From NCBI RefSeq assembly GCF_009914755.1, contig NC_060929.1: 64,000 nucleotides of DNA. The stretch is one strand, 5' to 3'. This document shows positions 14,770 through 29,540 of this stretch, piece after piece. A program made the position numbers and the translations under genes. How positions within the stretch are numbered: the first letter of the stretch is position 1; the number at the start of each line of letters is the position of its first letter. The notes below the pieces were generated by a model. The model saw only the letters and a list, made by a program, of their open reading frames with translations. It ran no database searches and was not told the origin of the DNA. Source of the DNA: the human T2T-CHM13v2.0 reference genome, Homo sapiens.

Positions 14770-15560
14770 TTTCTGATTATAGAAAATAGTACATGCTAAG
14801 GTAGAGAATGAAAAGTTTCATGATTCCACCTGTTAGAGATACTGGCTGTTTTTCTGCACCCGTGAACACACACACATGCACACACACGTGTGCACACACA
14901 CACTTCCACAGGCATACATGATTTTTTCAGCAGTGGGCCCATGCTGTTCAGGATAGTCTGAGGTGTGCACATCTTTTCTCATAAGGTCCCTGGACATATT
15001 CCTGGTCAACTAAGTCTTCAAAAGGCTGCTGAGCCCCCAAGGGTGCAGGGTGATGTGGACGTCTGAGCCAGCCCTGTCGGGTGACAGTTAGGAGGCCTCC
15101 AGTTCTTCCCTCCCTAAACAACCCACGGGGACTGTCCTGTGTATCATGTTTGCTCCTTGTACCCTAATTACCATAGGGAAACTCCCAGAAGTGGGGTACT
15201 GGATCAAAGGGTGGGAACACCCTCCATATTGATTGGATACAGTGCTGCCAAATTGCCCTTCAGAAAGGTTACCCCAGGTTACAGTCCCGTCAGCAGCAGG
15301 AGGCTGGAAACCTCCCAGGCCTCTCCAACCCTGATGATTTCACTACTTCCCGATCTCACTGGCAAAGCATATCTCATCTTTTTTGGCTTACATATTTTCT
15401 ATTTTATTCAGGTGTAGCATCTTTCATACAGTTGGGTTTTTGTATTTTGGTAGGGATGGATTTAGGGAATGGGTTTTGGCCACTTGACTTTCTCATTTTG
15501 CCCTTGGTCCATTTTTCGTTTGATTGTTATTTATCTTATTATCTTTAGGAATTTTTTGTC
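14770..15560 (-). mobile_element. old L1 (L1M) 3' fragment containing a (CA)n-like tract at ~14866-14905
   Basis: CCCAGAAGTGGGGTACTGGATCAAAGGGT...TGCCAAATTGCCCTTCAGAAAGGTT resembles antisense L1M 3' sequence. Confidence 0.6.
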
Positions 15561-15579
15561 AAGTGGATTCCCAGCCCTC

Positions 15580-16125
15580 AGCATTGGTTATCTCTTGCAG
15601 CATAGCCCATTATCCTAAAACTCAGTGTCTTGAAGACACCAACATGTCTTCTCTCCTAGTTTCTGTAGTTGAGGAATCTGAGTGCTGCATGCCTGGGTGC
15701 CTCTGGCTCTGGGTCTGTCATAGAGCTGCAGGGGAACTGCAGGCCAGGGCTGCTGTCTCATCTGGAGGTCTGACTGGGGAGGATTGGTTCCCATGAGCAC
15801 TCATGTGCTGGCAGCAGGATGCAGTCCCTGGGTGGTGTTGGCTGAAGGCCTCAGTTCCTTGCCTATGGGCCTCTCCATGGGGCAGCTCACAGCATGGCAG
15901 CTGGCCTCCCTCATAGGGAGCTAGGGAGAGAGAGAGAGGTTACCCAGGATCAAAGCTGCAGTCTTTTGTGGCTTACTCTCAGAAGTGACTTTCCATCACT
16001 CCGCCATCCTCTGTGCAATAGAAGCAAGCTCAGGTCCCTCGCACTCAGGGGTAGGAGGTCAAACAGGGAGTGAACGCCAGGAATCGGAAATCCTTTTGGG
16101 ACAGCTTAAGGGCTGCCTGATACAG
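15580..16125 (-). mobile_element. ERVL-MaLR LTR (MLT1F/G/H-like)
   Basis: CCTAAAACTCAGTGTCTT...TTTCTGTAGTTGAGGAATCTGAG...GGCCTCAGTTCCTTG...CTCACAGCATGGCAGCTGGC...CTCAGAAGTGAC. Confidence 0.75.
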
Positions 16126-16129
16126 GAGC

Positions 16130-17600
16130 ATAATATTAGCTGATTCCGTAGGTAGGATCTTGTTTTCATTGTATGTTCAAATCAGTTATGGATGTATATA
16201 TAAACTATCACATTTTTACACATGCATAATAAATTCTGGCATACACGTTCATGTAAACCACATTTGTATTGTGACTTTCACTTTTTGTCTCAGGTGTAGG
16301 GAGAGGTTAATGATATCCCACCAGTCCATCCATGCAAGGCCCATGGGAGCCCATTCTGTTTCTAGCAGATATTATTAGATACACTTCATCCTGTCAGGTG
16401 TGTCATGTCATTCCGTGCATATGTGTGTTTCATCAGCCCAACCAGTGCTGTCCTCTGTGCCTTGCTCTGAATCTTAGTTATTTCACCCAGAACTTGGGCT
16501 GGTGGGCCGGCTGTGTCACTGTGTGTGTGTCTGGCCCATTGCTTTTCACACCTGCATATTTTTCCAAGATGTGAATTGATCACATTTTGCTCATCCACTC
16601 CCCTGGGGATGCCAGCAATCTCCCACCTCCCTGTGGTCACAGGAATATGGCTACTCACCTGCAAGTGGATCTTCTGGGCTTGATACCCAGCTGTGAGCTC
16701 ACAAGAGCACGAGCCTCGGTATGTGGATTGTCTCGAGGTATTGCCAGAAACTTCCAGAATGCCTTTGACATTCTGGAAGCGGCCGATCGACACACTTCCC
16801 CGCAAACACCTGGCATCGTCCTCCCCTCTGTTTTGCCCCTTGACAGGACCCTAGAGGCATCTAACTGCTGCTTTCCTTGTGCTTTCCTGATGACTGGGAT
16901 CTGGACATCACGCTGCATACTTGTCAGCCATTCAGGTCTCTTCTTTAGACATCTGCTGATCTTCTTTCCCTTCCCTGCATTGTGTCCGGGTTGTCTAGCT
17001 TTTTCTTCTCAATTTTCAGAAAATTTTTCTTTTTCCAGGTATTAATTTTTTGTGCAAGTGTTAGACATCACAAATATTTTCTCCCCAAATTTTCTTTATC
17101 TTCTTCTCTTTCTCATCTTTTATTGAGGAAAAAAAGCCCTCCCTAATTTTGAACAAGTTACATTATGATCAAGGCTGTTTGGGAAGACCATTTCCTCACC
17201 GTCCCATCACGAGGCATCCTCCTGAGCCTCCTCCCACTGGCTTTAGAGCTTTTCCTTTCACATTTTGGATTTCATCCATCTTGAGCCCTTCTCCATGTGA
17301 GCTGCCAGGTAGACACCCAGCTTCCTTTCTCTGCAGTAAACACTTTTCTTGGCCCCATTGTCTGAACCACCTGGTCTTTTCCCACGGCTTTCTGCTGCCA
17401 TTGTTATCCCATGACAGTCCCATGTAAATACAATTCTCTCTTCTGCTCAGTTCCCCAATTTTCCTGCTCCTGTACAAATATTACACTGCCTTTAGGAATG
17501 CGGCCTCCTAGTCCAACAGCCAACAGACTACAACCCCCTCTGCTCTTCCTTTTCAAAACCATCTTAGCTTTTTGTGGACCTTGTAATTTTTCAATTATTT
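16130..17600 (-). mobile_element. highly diverged L1M fragments
   Basis: Motifs such as TTGCTCATCCACTCCC, GATACCCAGCTGTG, GGTATTGCCAGAAAC and ACAAATATTTTCTCCC resemble antisense old L1. Confidence 0.45.
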
Positions 17601-17619
17601 GTCAAGAAATTTACTCTGA

Positions 17620-17945
17620 TCAGTGAACTCTCATTTCCACACAAGAGCGTACCCTGAAATCTCAGCAGTTTAATACAGGAAACATATATTCTGGCACAGA
17701 GTCTAATACAGGCCAGTGTCTGCTCTCTATCTGGAGCACACAGCCTCCAAATTCACAGCAGCAGTGGGTGACAGCAGGGTGAGGGGAGCATGTCAGCATC
17801 AGCGCCCGACTGTCTCCACCCGGAACACACACGCCTCCTTCTGCTCACCACCCACTGGCCAGAACTGGCCACATGGCCCCATCTGACTGCAAGGGAGGCA
17901 GAAATGTAAGGACCCACATGGCTATTTGTGGAGCATTAACGCTCT
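17620..17945 (-). mobile_element. ERVL-MaLR LTR (MLT1I/J-like)
   Basis: CCCTGAAATCTCAGCAGTTTAATACA...CCACTGGCCAGAACTGGCCACATGGCCCCATCTGACTGCAAGGGAGGC. Confidence 0.7.
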
Positions 17946-20900
17946 CTAACAAATCCAGTTCCTCAAAAATAGCTGAGCCTTTAGGATTTTCTATGTAGGC
18001 AATTCTAGCATCTACAAATAATGAGGTCAACAGAAAGTCACATCCCAGTGACGCAGAAAAACTCAGTACCGTAAGAGCCAGGCAAACAAAGCCAGCACAA
18101 AACTTATTTTTGCTGCTTCAAATATGGAGATTGAAGAAGCTTGATTTTTTGTTACCTTTGAATCTTACCACAAGCCAATGTAAATATCACAATAACAAAG
18201 CCAGGAAAATTAATCTGTAAAATTGTTCTTATGCCATTTAAAATGTCACCAAATATACCTGGGATTAACTTTTCCATTACTAGGAAAAGGGCAGTTTTGA
18301 TGACTTACTTCTTAGCTCCCTTTAACATCTGATTTAGTGCCTTCCACAGTAGGCCCTCAAAAAATTATTGGCTGCAAACATAACATATTGCATACGGTCT
18401 TTTCAGTAAAATTGAAAGATTTTACTTTGAAAGTCCAGTTTCCTGAAAACATTTACCTTCTAAAAGATACTTATTGGGAAGCTGAGATCAGAATTTGAGT
18501 GCTGGCAGAAGCTTTAAGCCTGTAGGGCTAAAATGATGTTGCCTGTGCACGTGGTGTGTAGTGTACAGCCTGAGGGCTGGTACACCACGGTCTATGCCTG
18601 CATGTGGATCTTCCAGCATGGAGCACCCGTGCTTAGGAGGTTAACAACCAGGAGTACGTGCATGGCATTGGAGGGGGGCATGCTATAGCCGGAGAAGGTT
18701 GGGAAGTCCTGGCTTAGGAGACGTTATTGAAAAATTCCCAGAGCCAGCAGGGTGCTGATATTTCTTGCCAATGCTCAGACATCACAGGGCTCCAACTCCA
18801 GTGCCGGGATGAGGCTTGGGTTGGTGAGGCACTGCCTCTTCCTGCCTCTACTTCCACAGAGAAGTTACTTGCTCCTTCATTCTTCATCAATCATTTGAAA
18901 AATCCCAAGTGCATCTCCCTCCTGGGTGAGAATTAGATGACATAATGTGTAAAATACTGCGTGGGACACATTTTGGAAAATGGTAACATGCATACCATCC
19001 TTTCTTTGGAATTCTAACTGTGGCATGCGGGGGCCTTCAGACTCATAGTGATAACCCCACAGGCTTCGTCGTTCATTCCTCAGTAAATAAGCTTGAGCAC
19101 CTGAGAGGGGCAATGAGCACTTTAGTACTGGAATAATGCGTGGTGGGGCATCACCTGGAGGTTCCATCCTCACACGTGGTGAGAAGGGGCTTTGAGCACA
19201 GTCTCCAGAACCCAACTGGAGTCCCACCAGGTCACATCCCACCTCCAGTGCCTGACAGCTGCATGGCATTGTGCAATTTACATCTGTGCTTCCGTTTCTC
19301 CGTCTTGAGGAGAGGCTGGAGCAGTCTTTCCCCGATGATGACTGAGCATGTGTGTGCATGTGAAGTCCTTGTGGCAGTGACTGGCGCAGCTTTCCCTATA
19401 TTCTATCATAAGATAAACAGTGAAGATTTCAAGTGACGCTTGTAAAAATCACCGATTGAATTATTTTCTTTAGCTATTATGATTCTTAATCAAAAAGCCG
19501 AGATTGTATTGCAATGCCCTTATACAAATAAAAGAATTAAAATCAGAACATCTCCCAAAGTAATGACCTAAAAGTAATAATAGCCATCCTAGTTGCTTAT
19601 AGAAAATCTCTTGTTAATTTTATTAGGTCAATCAAAAGCAGTCCTTTAGTTTTCTAAGCTTTTCAACCAGAGACTAGGAATTTGAACTTAGAATCAACTT
19701 CCTCTCTTGATTACATTCTTAAGACTCTTTTACGATAATAGAACACGGCATTTTCCACGGAGATCCCGAATTTGCTTTGTCTACACTAAGCTATCTTATG
19801 CCGTATCTTTGTCCCCTATTTCCTTGCAAACATAAAGTGTGTGCTGGGTTTCATTTACATCACCTGTATAACACCAGCCAGTCTGGAAAGGTGGAATGAT
19901 ACTGTATGGCCCTGAAATGGCTTCGGTCCATTCCTTTTATCCAGTATTTGTAGCACACTGCTGGGTGGAGTCTCACTGAGAGCTCTTAATTTAACAAGAA
20001 ACCAGTGTGAGCCAAGGGAAGGGGTAGGAAGGCAGGGCCCGGGGGAAGTGTGAGCATGGGGGGTGGGGTGGGTGGTGCTGGAGGAGGCAGGGTCATTGTA
20101 AAGGGAGCATTAGACTTCAGCCTTGAAGCCAAAGCTCTGCCAGGTGCTGGAAGGGAACTGGCCCTCCAGCCTGCAGCTGGAGAGGACCCCGCCCACAAGA
20201 GACAAGCCCCGCCCCTGTGGAGCAAGCTGGAGAACCAGCTAGAGCAATGATGTGCTGGGCAGAAACGCACAGGCTCTCCAGGGCCTGGCCCCTGCTGATA
20301 GGTGCTGGATTTAACCCCAAGACCTGTCGGAAAGAATGCTTTATGAAATACACTTATTTTTTAAAGTATATTAGGATAACTTGTGATAAGTTCATCACAC
20401 CCACTGAAATGGCTCAGAACACTTTCAGGACTTCAAAATCAGGGTGGGGTATGCCTGCTTAGTCATGGATGAGTATCTGGAAAGCTCAGGGAGCTTTCCA
20501 GTGGCACTGGGGCTCCCTTATTCCTAGGAGGCGGGGCCTGAGCAGGGAGGGGGTGGGGTCCCGATGTTTGTGCAGAGGAGACACCTCTGCTGCCTCTGCA
20601 GAGCCTGCACCTCAGCAGCACCTCAGGAGCAGACAAGGCATAAAGCAGTCAACGCGGTGCCCTCAGGGCAAATGCACCAAGCATGGTTCCAGCTTATTTT
20701 GAGGTGTTTGGTTGTTAAAAGTTTTTCAGCACTTAAAGGTCTAATTTTCCCACGGGTGAAAACATCCCATTTTAAGAATGTGTTTGGAGTTTGCCCTCTG
20801 GGTCACGGGGCTGCTGGGTCAGGGTTGCTGCAGGAAGAAGCTTTGCCAGGGCTGTGCTGTCCTGACTCAATGAGACAATGACCTCAAAACGGAAACACCT

Positions 20901-21695
20901 GGGGGGCTCGGTTAAAGAGCCACATGCGGCACCCCTCAGGTGTACACTATTTTACCTGCTCCTAAGCTTACTATATAATATTTGTGAACTGCTGCAGAAA
21001 GCAAAGCACACTCTGCGAATGCATGGCAGGTTTGGGGCAGTACCTTTTGGTTCCTTTCATTGCCTGGAGTGACCTTTGGTCGTATCACATGAGAGATGCC
21101 CACTTGCTAATTAATGGGTTTCTTCACAGGAAAATGTAGTTGAGATTTGTAAAAACAAACGGCGTTGTCTTCACTGGACACTAGCTGCCACCAATAATGA
21201 TTTGCCATTCACAAGGACAGGAGTGGCCCCCTCTTGGCATAGAGAGAGTGGAAACATCCCCTTCCCCTTGGAAACCAGACCCAAACTCCAGGGACCCCGA
21301 AATTCCCACCTTCACCCCATCCTCCCCAGGATGGCCCACATGGAAGCCCACAGACCACCAGCCCACACCAGTGCTGGAGGTCCACAGTCACATGAGGGTG
21401 CCCTGGGGAGGGACAGGGGCAGGAAGTAGGACCCTCTACACACCCCCATGCCTACACCAGCGCCCACACTCTCAGGGCCAGTGATCACCATGACACTGTC
21501 TCAAACAGCCCACCTTGTGTGCTTCTCCATCCTGACCTCCACGTGCCCCCCAGGCCTCACTGGGCCTCACAAACTGACCTTTGGCCTGGCCGTGACCTCC
21601 TCCCAGTCACCCTGCCACCATTGCAGACCAAGTCGCCATTTTAGTCATGCCAAAGATTCTTGGTGAATTGCACACGGAGCACAACTCCTTGCACT

Positions 21696-21821
21696 GAAGG
21701 TCAGCCTGCTGAGGACAGGTGTGCGTGGAGGTCAGCCTGCTGAGGACAGGTGTGCCCGGAGGTCAGCCTGCTGACAGGTGCGCCCGGAGATCAGCCTGCT
21801 GAGGATAGGTGTGCCCGGAGG
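21696..21821 (+). repeat. 31-bp minisatellite, about 4 copies (GGAGGTCAGCCTGCTGAGGACAGGTGTGCCC)
   Basis: Direct reading; the third copy lacks 3 bp. Confidence 0.95.
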
Positions 21822-24539
21822 CCCTACAACCACCACCCCCACCACCAAAACCCAAGGCTGGACCTGGTGACATTCCAGACTTTAAGGAAATGGTTGACTA
21901 GAAGTCAGTGGGGCTTTGTTCAAAATAAAGAGGTTAAAAGAGAGACCATTTAGGCAGAAAGTTGATGAGCTGGATCTTACAACATCCACATGGAGACAGC
22001 AGCTGCTGGCCTGGTGGAAGTGTCCAGCAGGACGCGGGTGTGTGGAACTGGCATTTGGGTGGCAGGGAGAGGCTGCAGGCGGGAATTTGAAGAGTTCCCC
22101 CATGTGGCACGTGTAAGCCAAAGACCAAGTGGGCTGTTGACCAAATCTGGGTGGTTCTTTGGAAACAAATTGCATATGCAAGGCTGTTCCAGGAGGTTTC
22201 ATCCATATCCCATATCGCACAAGTTGCAGCTTCACTCAGTGCCTCAAGAAAGCAAGCCAGACAAAAGACAGACCTGGTGTCTCCCCAGAAACCACCCTCC
22301 TAGAATAAAGTCAAATACCTGCTTGGCAGGTATTGGGGATCTCTAGGGGCATAAATTAAATCTCACATCTTTATGAGCACAATTCCTTCTTTTAAAAATC
22401 AGAAAAGTAACAAAGTAGGTGAAGTAAATAATCCATGTAGAGTCTTATTATTGCTGTGCTTTATTGCAAAAACAGACTATTTGAGAAAGTAACCTATCTT
22501 TTATAGAGTTTGTGCCCAGATCATATTTTCACACTGAAATTTTACCTGAAAATATATCTGAAGACTTCCAGTGGTTCCAAAATCTCATTTACTTTATTTT
22601 TTGACATTGCTGAATTTCCTTCTGCATTGTGAAACTCTAGTGCTGAGCATGCTGTATGACATGAGCTTTCTCTGTCATTGTAAGTAACATGGCTTGGAAA
22701 GAGACCACAGCCGTGAACTGCCACCATCAAGCGCAAAGCCTCCCTGAAGCCACCTCAGCAGTGAAAGCACCAGGCGCCATTTACCTGGGTTGTCTGTGAA
22801 AATCACGCGTTCCTTCTTGATGCAATATTTCTAGAACAACTAAGTTTGGGCTTTTTGGTCAAAGTCGTGAAGCTCCTGCTAGCAGGGCAGACAGCGAATG
22901 GTGGCTGCCTCTGTTTTGACAAATTCATTCCCAGGCTCTGATTCCTGTCACATTTCCTAGTGACATTCTTGGTCTCTTTCGGTTTTTTTTTTTTTGGACT
23001 TTAACAGCATCGCCGTACCTACTATCTGTGCTGAGAGAACTGTTCCGCAGCAAGGCTGGGCCATAGCAGTTGTGAAATGAAGTGTCCTGATCACCCAATG
23101 GCACGGGTGATCAAAGCCACAGCAGACCACAGGCAAGGGCTTAGGGCTGCAGGTGGATGATCTCCTGCGCACGTGGGAGAGTGATCCTAGGACGTGCAGA
23201 TGCATTCTGTCAGGAAACAGGCAAAAGGCAGGAGACATGGAGAGTGGGTGCCCATCGGTGCATCTGATCTCCCTGGCACCCCTCCACTCCCCTCTGCTTC
23301 CTTCCTGCTCAGGGGCTTCATCCTTCCTAGGAGTGAGGAAGGCCAGGCCTCATGACAGAGCTGCCTGCCCTGGGGGCGTCCCTTCTATCGTGTGCAGCAT
23401 CAGGAGTCTGTTGGATCCCCAGTGCCTCATCCTGAAATCAGGGAGGCGTGGCAGGGTGGAGGCAGCCGTGGGCATCTAGGGACACACAGCACGGGAGGCC
23501 ACAGAGCTGAGTGAGCAGAGTCCCACCTGCCGGAACAAGAGGGCGAAAGTGAGAATTAAGCCACCGAGAATGGGTGGGCTGAGATAGCGATGGGGCCCTG
23601 GATTCTCTTCCTGTTCAGTATGTGTTCCAAGAAGAAGGAAAAACATGGAACGCTGAGGAAGACCAACTGTGCAGGGAAAAGAGCTGGCCGGATTGTGATC
23701 TAAGAGGTCAAGTTGGGTAGGAGAACACCATTGTTTCTTGCAGGTCACTCACTGAGCGTAGGAGCAGACAGAGCTGACTTCAACTTAGGGGCGACTTCAG
23801 TAAGAAAGTGGGGGGTCTCTGGGGCTAGTCAGGGAAATGTGTGCCTTAATGGAGCCAAGTCCAAGGAGTAAAATGTTGAAGCAAATGAAGAGGTGCTGAT
23901 GTCTGTATCCTCCGGTGAGTCTGTCCATCATAAAAAGGGCAGAGGCTGTGCTCATTAAGACTTTCCAGAATCCTCTGTGAAGACAGCTGGAATGATCTCA
24001 CAAGGAGAAAACACAGACCGGGGGTCTCCTTTGTGCTGAGTAAGTGTTTCGGCCTTGAGAGTGGAGTGCAGCATCCTGGGTGCGGCCCAAGAAAAGCAGC
24101 TTCCTTTTGCATTCTGGTCCTGGCCAAAATGACAAACACAGACTGCCCCCATCATCTCGGGACAGAGACTCACCAGGGAGGTCACCCACCCTGTTCACCA
24201 CGTCAGGCAGGTAGCGTGTGCCGAGGCCCCCACATGTGCTGCAAAGACCAGAATGTACGTAGTAAAGGTAGACTCAGGGCCCTGATCATCTCGGGGCTTA
24301 CATAAACCATGTGGCAAATGACAGGATGGCTGGCCAGGAGCTCCCTGTTGAGATGACATTGAGAGAGACACAGGTAAGTGGTGGCCAAGGAGCATCCAGT
24401 GCCAGGGGGCACAGCCAGGCGGGTCACTTTTTTCGTTTGTGTTTGTTTGTTTGTTTGAGTGAATGGTCAGTATCTTGTTTGCCTTCTCTTACATCTGTGA
24501 CCCTTCCGCACGTTTCTGAGAGCTGGCCTGGCCTTGGGG

Positions 24540-24760
24540 TTCAGAGTGTGGCCTCCAAAGCCAGGAATTCCTGCACTGGGATCCTGGCCCTTGGCCACTT
24601 CCTAGCTGAGTGACTCCAAGCACCTTATTGATCTGTGTGTCTCCATTTTCTCGTCTGTAAAATAGACCTGATGACAGCAGACCCCACCTGCTGGAGTGTC
24701 TCAGTATGGTTCAGTGAGAGTGTTTGCCCCATCTTGAGAACAGGGCCTGGCTCAGACAGC
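24540..24760 (+). mobile_element. MIR SINE
   Basis: CCACTTCCTAGCTGAGTGAC...TTTTCTCGTCTGTAAAATAG...AGAACAGGGCCTGGCTCA. Confidence 0.7.
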
Positions 24761-26270
24761 CCTCGACACAGTCGACACAGCCACCACGATGTCACTAATG
24801 AGCGTATCTGTCACTTACCTGTCTTAAAGTGCACATTAATGAAACCCACTGGGATCCGGCTGCCTATGCAAAAGTATAAGTATTAGTGGGATCTCCAAAA
24901 AATAACCTTGAGAGGATTATCTCATATCATTACATTTTTAGCAAAAAGTTCCTTTTTCTGCGCTTGCTTCCTCCAAGAAAGTACCATCTGTTTCAAAACA
25001 GTTCAGTAATTGCTAGTACTTTCTTTAAAATGTAGAGGCAAGTGCTGCTTCTGTTTTGTAAGCGCCCATGAACTGTGCCTTTGGTGCTGCCAGAGCTGGA
25101 GGATTTTGTATAGTATTAAGTAGAGTGGCTTCGCTTTAATTCCTTATGAGTATCACCAAAGTATACACGAAACCGATGCTGGCTTTGTCATCCTGAGAGG
25201 TTTCACAGTTTTAAGAAAGAGTTTCTGAGTGCCGGCATTTCCTAATACCCTGCTTGACGTCTGTGGGGTGGCAAGCATTTCATAAACCTCTGGGGGTTAC
25301 AGGTTGCTCTCTTTGGACTTGTTCATGGCTAAGCTACACTTTTTTAAAGAACCAGATTTTTCTTAATGTGTAAAGAGTGCTAAAAAATAAGGTCAATAGG
25401 AGTTTTTAAGGTTTTGATAGTATTATAAACCAAGTAACCATCACACATCTCAGATGACTGTTTTTCAAGAGTTGGCCCGGAGCGTGCTTCTCGGGCCATT
25501 TCACCTGTGCACGCTTCGTTGTGGCTGCACCTGCCCTAATTCCCCGTTTCTAGATTTCCTGCTTCTCCTCTTGACTGTCCCCAGCCAAACACACCCATCC
25601 TCCCAGGACCCCACAGCCTGCTCCTAAGACAGCGTCTCTCTCTGCAGGCCTGGCCCCGGGTCACTTGGCATGGTGGCCCACCACCTCCATCCCATCTCGC
25701 CTTGCACGCCAGGTGCTCATTATCCCCATGCAGGAGGTGAGGGCGGGTAGTGACATGGGTGCAGCGGCTAGGTGCAGGGAGGGTGACCTGCTCACGGGCC
25801 TATGGCTAGAGAGCAGAGAGGGGGCACGCTCCCCTCCCCGCACACCTCTCCCTGCAGAACCACATCATTTAGGTTCCCTGGTGTGAGCTCCCACCACTAT
25901 ACCCAGCAGCCTCCTGCCTGGATTTCTGTGCACACCTCAAAGCCAGCCAACCCAAACAGAACTCAGTATCTTATCCTAGAAACCTGTTCCTCCTGGGTCA
26001 GAAGCCTGGAGTGGCTCGGGCCTCCCACTGATCCTTCCCCCAGCCTTGCCCACATGACCTTAGTTGGACTCACTGAGTGGCCTCTGCCAGGCCCTCGCCA
26101 TCTTCTCTGGACCATGACAATAACCTAACTGGACAACACCCCAAAACTGACCGCCATACCACCTCCCAAATGACCATCCACAAGGAAAACATGGCCCAAT
26201 GTGCGCCCACCTGCAGAATGGGTGCAAGTGCTGAGGTACAGGTGAAAGGCCTCTCTGTCAGCTTTATGCC

Positions 26271-26701
26271 TGCCGTGGGCAGAGTTATGTCCTCCCCAAA
26301 ATAGTTGAAGTCCTACCCCCTGTGGCTGTGAATGTGACCTTATTTGAAAATAGGGCCTTTGCAGAAGTCATTGAGTTGAGAGGAGGTCTTGCTGGGTTAG
26401 GGTGGTCCCTAATCCAATGACTGGTGTCACTGTAAGAAGAGGGAGATTTGGATACAGAGACAGATTCACAGAGAACACCGTATGGCAATGGAGGCAGAGA
26501 TTAGAGCGCTGTGCCAACAGGCTGAGGCACACAAGGGTGCTGGCAGCCCCTGAGCGCTGGAACAGAGTCCTGGAGCAGACCCTCCCCTGGGCCCTCATCT
26601 CCATGTCAGACTTCTGGCCACCTGAACTGTGAGAGAGCATATTTCTGTTGTTTCAAGCCCCCAGTTGGAGTGCTGTGTTCCAGCAGGCCCAAGAAACTAA
26701 G
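26271..26701 (+). mobile_element. ERVL-MaLR solo LTR (MLT1B/C-like)
   Basis: GTTGAAGTCCTACCCCC...GTGACCTTATTTGAAAATAGGG...CCCTAATCCAATGACTGGTGTC...ATTTCTGTTGTTTCAAGCC. Confidence 0.85.
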
Positions 26702-26955
26702 GCACCTCCCATCCCTGCCTCGCCCACCTCCACCCCCCAGCAAGCTCTGACTCCCGGAAGCCTCAGGATGCTCACTGCCCACCCTCACGTGGCGTCTGCT
26801 CCTGCTGCCCCCTCTCCTGCTTTCTGGTTGGATCATTGCCACTTGTCTTTTGCGTTCAGCTCCTGAACCACCTTCCCCTGGAAGTTTCCTCCACTCGTCT
26901 GGGCCCCCAGCCCCTTTAGGTACCCCCTCCTGCACTCCCACAGTCCACTCTAGAG

Positions 26956-27923
<968 letters not shown>

Positions 27924-28809
27924 TCACCTGCTGGGACTCTGCTCGCCTCTCCTGGACACGCACAGCCCTTCCGTCCCAGTTCCAGGCCTGGAAACATTCT
28001 CGCTAGAGAGAGAAATTTTACTGTAATAAGAATGGGTTTCCCAGTGCATTTTTTCTGCAGAAACTACATATCTCTATCAAAGTGGGAGCAGGGCCATGGA
28101 GGAGAGTCGTCATTTCCACTAAAGCCACGCCAAGGGCTGGTTCCCTTGTGGCTGATCCCTGTGTGGCTGGTCCATGTAGCCATGTGGCCCCTCGTGCCCC
28201 ACCACCCAATGCACTGTCCTCTATGCCCTCAGATCTGGTGGGATGTTCTAGTCATCTACTTTGTGAAGCCACTTCTCTGGTCGCCTGTATGTGTTTGGCT
28301 TGGGCGTGAGTCAACAGGTCTCTGGGGCAAACAGTGCATTCTGAAAGTGTAACCGAAAGATCAGGTTTATGGCTTCTGAGGTGACTATTTTGAGTTGGTA
28401 CTTTCCAGAAACCATTCAACACATTTTTTAGCTACCAGATCTGGGAACTAAATCACAGCTAGTCATGGGGGATGCATATGAATGAGTCTGCTGTTGGTGT
28501 CTGAACGATGAAAGGAACCCCAAGCCATATTGGGCACAAACTTTGAGTGAAACCCAACAGGGAGCGCAGAAGCCTGAGTGGCCCATGTTGGCGTCGGAGG
28601 GGCAGCGAGCAGGGAGGGCTGGTCTGCATACTCCAAGTCCTGGTTTCCTGGAGGAAGTCGCCCAGCCTGTGTGGCTGCCTCCAGCCCTTTCCCTGAGGAT
28701 TCTGGGCCCCTCCGCAGGCCCTGGCCCTGAGGCTGCCTGTCTTTGGTCTTGCCCCTCATGGCACCCTCAGGCCACACGCATGCTCTTCTGCGGTGCCTCT
28801 GCCTTCAGT

Positions 28810-28950
28810 CTCGGGAGTCCTTGATTCGAACCCAGCTCTTCTATAGCCCTTGGCAAGTCAGTTAATGGAAGCCCAGTTTCCTACTCGTTGCAAAGGTTGC
28901 CCAGGTCAACATTTAATGAGATGAGATGTGAAAACAGCCAGGCAGCAGTC
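28810..28950 (+). mobile_element. MIR fragment
   Basis: TTCGAACCCAGCTCT...CCTTGGCAAGTCAGTTAA...CCCAGTTTCCT...TAATGAGATGAGATGTGAAA. Confidence 0.55.
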
Positions 28951-29382
28951 GCACATCAGAGTCGAGCTGAGCACGGAGCAGTCACCGTGGCACTTGCGGA
29001 CGGTGTGGGGACTCAGCAGTCTCCCGGGTTGCACTTCAGACAAAACCTCAACATGACCTCACTGGCGGCTCATCAGCTCCAACAGCATGTTCCCACCCTG
29101 TCTTTCTCCCCCTCCCCTGTTTCTGCTCTCCCAGCCCTCTCTGCTTGTTCCCTCCCTGCACTGGTTAGTGCTGGGTCGGGTTCTGACAGATTCGGAACCC
29201 ACCAGGCTGAAGCTCTCCCTGTGCAAAGGGACCACCCATTAAACTGGCTCATGTGGCCTGGGGCTCCCTCCACTCAGCCAAGAGCCTTCCCTCAGGTTAC
29301 TGTGGGCTCTAGTCAGCAGCCATTCCACAGCAGGGAGGCTCACATCGGTCCCTGCAGTTTGAATGTAACCACCATAGCCACC

Positions 29383-29540
29383 TGCATGTGCACACATGGA
29401 CACACATGCTCACATGTGACACGATACATGTGTATAAGTACCCACAAACACACAAATGAACACACGTGCACACATACACAAATGCATATGTATGTACATG
29501 CATTACTCGTGCACATGCTCACATATGCACACACACACCC
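29383..29540. repeat. degenerate (CA)n/(CATG)n low-complexity repeat
   Basis: TGCATGTGCACACATGGACACACATGCTCACATG... Confidence 0.8.

Noticed and set aside
18550-18589. Short imperfect hairpin CGTGGTGT...ACACCACG
   Set aside because: Too short and bulged to distinguish from chance
21696-21821. CRISPR-like appearance of 31-bp repeats (also the 47-bp units at 27074-27196)
   Set aside because: Head-to-tail units without unique spacers, no cas genes, and human DNA
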